Assembly: GCA_002707695.1 (NCBI GenBank)
Contig: PANR01000024.1
Location: 1-49,683 of the forward strand
DNA length: 49,683 nt
Direction of reading: 5' to 3'
Origin: Legionellaceae bacterium
GTDB taxonomy: Bacteria > Pseudomonadota > Gammaproteobacteria > UBA12402
This document shows positions 47,589-49,683 of this stretch, piece after piece. Numbering within the stretch: position 1 is the stretch's first letter; every line of letters begins with the position of its first letter. The position numbers were made by a program, and so were the translations under genes. The notes beneath the pieces are model-generated. The model saw nothing but the letters and a program-made list of their open reading frames with translations, did no database searches and was not told the origin of the DNA.

Positions 47589-48722
47589 ATGCCCTTAAAG
47601 GTCGCATTGCTCGCAGGTGAGCCATCAGGTGATGCATTAGGGGCGAGTCTATTAAAAGCGCTGCGCGAGCGTTATCCAGATCTTATCGCTAAGGGCATTG
47701 CTGGCCCTAACATGCAAAAAGCGGGTTGTGAGTCGTTGTTTCCCATGGAAAAGTTGAGTGTAATGGGGTTGATTGAACCGCTCAAACGTCTTCCAAGTTT
47801 ATTCCTTATTCGTCGACAATTTATTAAAAAAATAAAAGCTTTCAAGCCAGATGTCTTCATTGGCATTGATTCACCCGATTTCAATTTGGGTGTTGAGATT
47901 GCTTTAAAAAAAGCAGGTATTAAGACGGTGCACTATGTGAGTCCGTCAATTTGGGCGTGGCGACCTAAACGTATTCATAAAATAAAAAAGGCGGTGGATT
48001 TAGTGCTGTGCATTTTGCCTTTTGAGCTCGTCCTGTATGAAAAAGAAAAGATACCGGCCGTTTATGTCGGACATTCGCTTGCGGATGAAATTTCAGTGTG
48101 GTGTTACCAAGAAAAAGCCAGACAGCATTTTGGGTTGCCCGTTGATGCAAAGGTGTTGGCGGTGTTGCCAGGTAGTCGTGAAACAGAAATAAAATATATT
48201 GCGCCCACTTTTTTGGAGGTGGCAAAACGCTGTCAACAAAGTATGCCTAACTTATTTTTTTTGGTCCCCATGGTTAATCACGCGCGCCGCAAACAGTTTA
48301 TTCAACTTCTACGAAAAAGTGGGATTAAATTAAAAAATTTATATTTACTTGATGGAGAATCGCGCGATGCGATGATTGCGTCAGATGCAGTGCTCATGGC
48401 ATCAGGCACCGCTAGTTTAGAAGCGATGTTGCTCAAGCGCCCGATGGTCGTTGCTTATAAAATGTCGACACTTACGCATTGGCTTGCAAAAAAATTAGTA
48501 AAAACAAACTTCATTGCGCTTCCCAATATTCTTAATAAAAAACAAGTCGTGCCGGAATTCATTCAAGATAATGCAACACCAGAGACATTAACCACCGAGG
48601 TGCTCAAACAGCTTCAGACGAATCATGATGATTTAGTCGCAAACTTCCAAGAATGGCATGCCATTCTTCGCCAAAAAGCCGGCAAAAAGGCCGCGCAAGC
48701 TATCCTTGATTTGATTGCGTGA
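47589..48722 (+). CDS. lpxB: Lipid-A-disaccharide synthase
   Basis: AGEPSGD, IDSPDFN, YVSPSIWAWR, LPGSR and SGTASLE. Confidence 0.98.
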   Translation: MPLKVALLAGEPSGDALGASLLKALRERYPDLIAKGIAGPNMQKAGCESLFPMEKLSVMGLIEPLKRLPSLFLIRRQFIKKIKAFKPDVFIGIDSPDFNLGVEIALKKAGIKTVHYVSPSIWAWRPKRIHKIKKAVDLVLCILPFELVLYEKEKIPAVYVGHSLADEISVWCYQEKARQHFGLPVDAKVLAVLPGSRETEIKYIAPTFLEVAKRCQQSMPNLFFLVPMVNHARRKQFIQLLRKSGIKLKNLYLLDGESRDAMIASDAVLMASGTASLEAMLLKRPMVVAYKMSTLTHWLAKKLVKTNFIALPNILNKKQVVPEFIQDNATPETLTTEVLKQLQTNHDDLVANFQEWHAILRQKAGKKAAQAILDLIA

Positions 48723-49334
48723 TTAACGTTTTTTCACACGTTCAACGGCTTCTTGAATAGCAAGTTTGCGCGCTTCAAGGGTGTCGCGTTGATTGCTTGT
48801 TTGTTTGTGAGCAAGTTTAGCGTGTTGATGTTTACGTGCCAGATTGGCTTTTTCAATAGAAAGCCGTTTCTCTCGATTATTAAAACGCATTCGATAGTGT
48901 GCTGAGTGCAATGCGGGGTCTTTTGCTTCAACCATGTCGATACAATCGACAGGGCAGGGTTCAACACACAATTCGCAACCCGTGCATTCGTCATTAATCA
49001 CAGTGTGCATTTGTTTTGATGCGCCAAGTATGGCGTCAACAGGGCAGGCGCTGATGCATTTAGTGCAGCCAATACACTCTTCTTCACGAATGGCCGCAAG
49101 CAATTTGGGTTTTTCTTTTTGCTGCATTTCGTCTATGTAGGGTGTTGCGTCTTGTTCGGTTATTGCTGCTAATTTTTTTAATCCTTTTACACCCCCGGGC
49201 GGGCATAGATTAATGGCTTCACCATCATTGACAATAGCTTCGGCATAAGGTTTGCATCCGTCATAGGTGCATAAGCCGCATTGCGTTTGCGGGAGAATAT
49301 CATCGATGTCTTTAATTGTGATTTTGTGTTTCAT
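48723..49334 (-). CDS. rnfB: RnfB/RsxB-like iron-sulfur protein
   Basis: [31 protein letters not shown] and [12 protein letters not shown]. Confidence 0.88.
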   Translation of the reverse strand: MKHKITIKDIDDILPQTQCGLCTYDGCKPYAEAIVNDGEAINLCPPGGVKGLKKLAAITEQDATPYIDEMQQKEKPKLLAAIREEECIGCTKCISACPVDAILGASKQMHTVINDECTGCELCVEPCPVDCIDMVEAKDPALHSAHYRMRFNNREKRLSIEKANLARKHQHAKLAHKQTSNQRDTLEARKLAIQEAVERVKKR

Positions 49335-49436
49335 TAATTTAAGTTCTCTAGGAATGTGTGCGGGTATTTCCTCCCAAACACACTCCTCAATTCACGGCCA
49401 TTTTGTTCGTTCAGTGATCATCGAGTGATGCTGGGC

Positions 49437-49544
49437 AAGGAGAGTCCAGGTTGATTATTCAGACACGCAACAAGTACATCCCTGTATGCTCTGGCAAAAC
49501 ATCCGTGTTTTGCAAGGTCTGAATAATCAACCCGAACTCTCCTT
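49437..49544 (-). repeat. Structured dispersed repeat, GGA-loop family copy C
   Basis: 28-nt arms with 2 mismatches; minus strand reads GCAAAAC-ACGGAT-GTTTTGC, AGAGC, TAC-AGGGAT-GTA, GCGTG. Confidence 0.85.
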
Positions 49545-49566
49545 TTATGGCTTATGCTCATTTCAA

Positions 49567-49677
49567 AAGAGATGGGCGGGTGATTCCGGACAAACCCTTG
49601 TTGGCCAGGGATGGCCAACTTGGAGCGTCCCACGGATGGGTTTGAGCGTGTTTGTGAGGAATGCCCGCGTATCTCTT
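49567..49677 (+). repeat. Structured dispersed repeat, GGA-loop family copy D
   Basis: Imperfect arms; GTTGGCC-AGGGAT-GGCCAAC, GGAGC, CCC-ACGGAT-GGG, TTGAGCGTG. Confidence 0.85.
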
Positions 49678-49683
49678 AATAAA

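Noticed and set aside
3857-49677. CRISPR array, or a CsrB/RsmY-type sRNA gene, as the identity of the repeats
   Set aside because: No regularly spaced repeat-spacer units or cas genes. Each element has only two GGA loops, is dispersed in both orientations and lacks an evident dedicated promoter or terminator.

Overview
A chromosomal window from a Gammaproteobacterium whose gene order and accessory content suggest a Coxiella/Legionella-like host-associated lineage (inference; no Dot/Icm genes lie in the window). The backbone is tpiA-secG-tRNA-Leu(GAG), a complete nuoA-N operon, class Ia nrdAB, sodB, map, rpsB-tsf-pyrH-frr-uppS-cdsA-bamA-skp-lpxD/fabZ-lpxA-lpxB and an rnfB-like gene. Accessory islets carry an AAA_14 ATPase, a Rab-like protein, HigBA-like and HipBA toxin-antitoxin pairs, two tandem 2OG-Fe(II) oxygenases, two paralogous secreted proteins and several orphan effector-like ORFs. 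Three signals stand out. (1) NrdA contains a 376-aa LAGLIDADG intein (Cys...His-Asn) in the specificity loop that is followed by Gly instead of the Cys/Ser/Thr nucleophile canonical splicing needs. (2) A dispersed repeat family (4 copies) has stems that differ from copy to copy but conserves two ANGGAY loops matching the CsrA/RsmA binding motif. (3) The eukaryotic Rab-like protein has a broken P-loop and a PPxY motif. Lesser oddities include an in-frame lpxD-fabZ fusion, a palindromic element inside the rpsB leader and a perfect 30-nt duplication in sodB. All assignments come from reading motifs by eye; no database searches were run.
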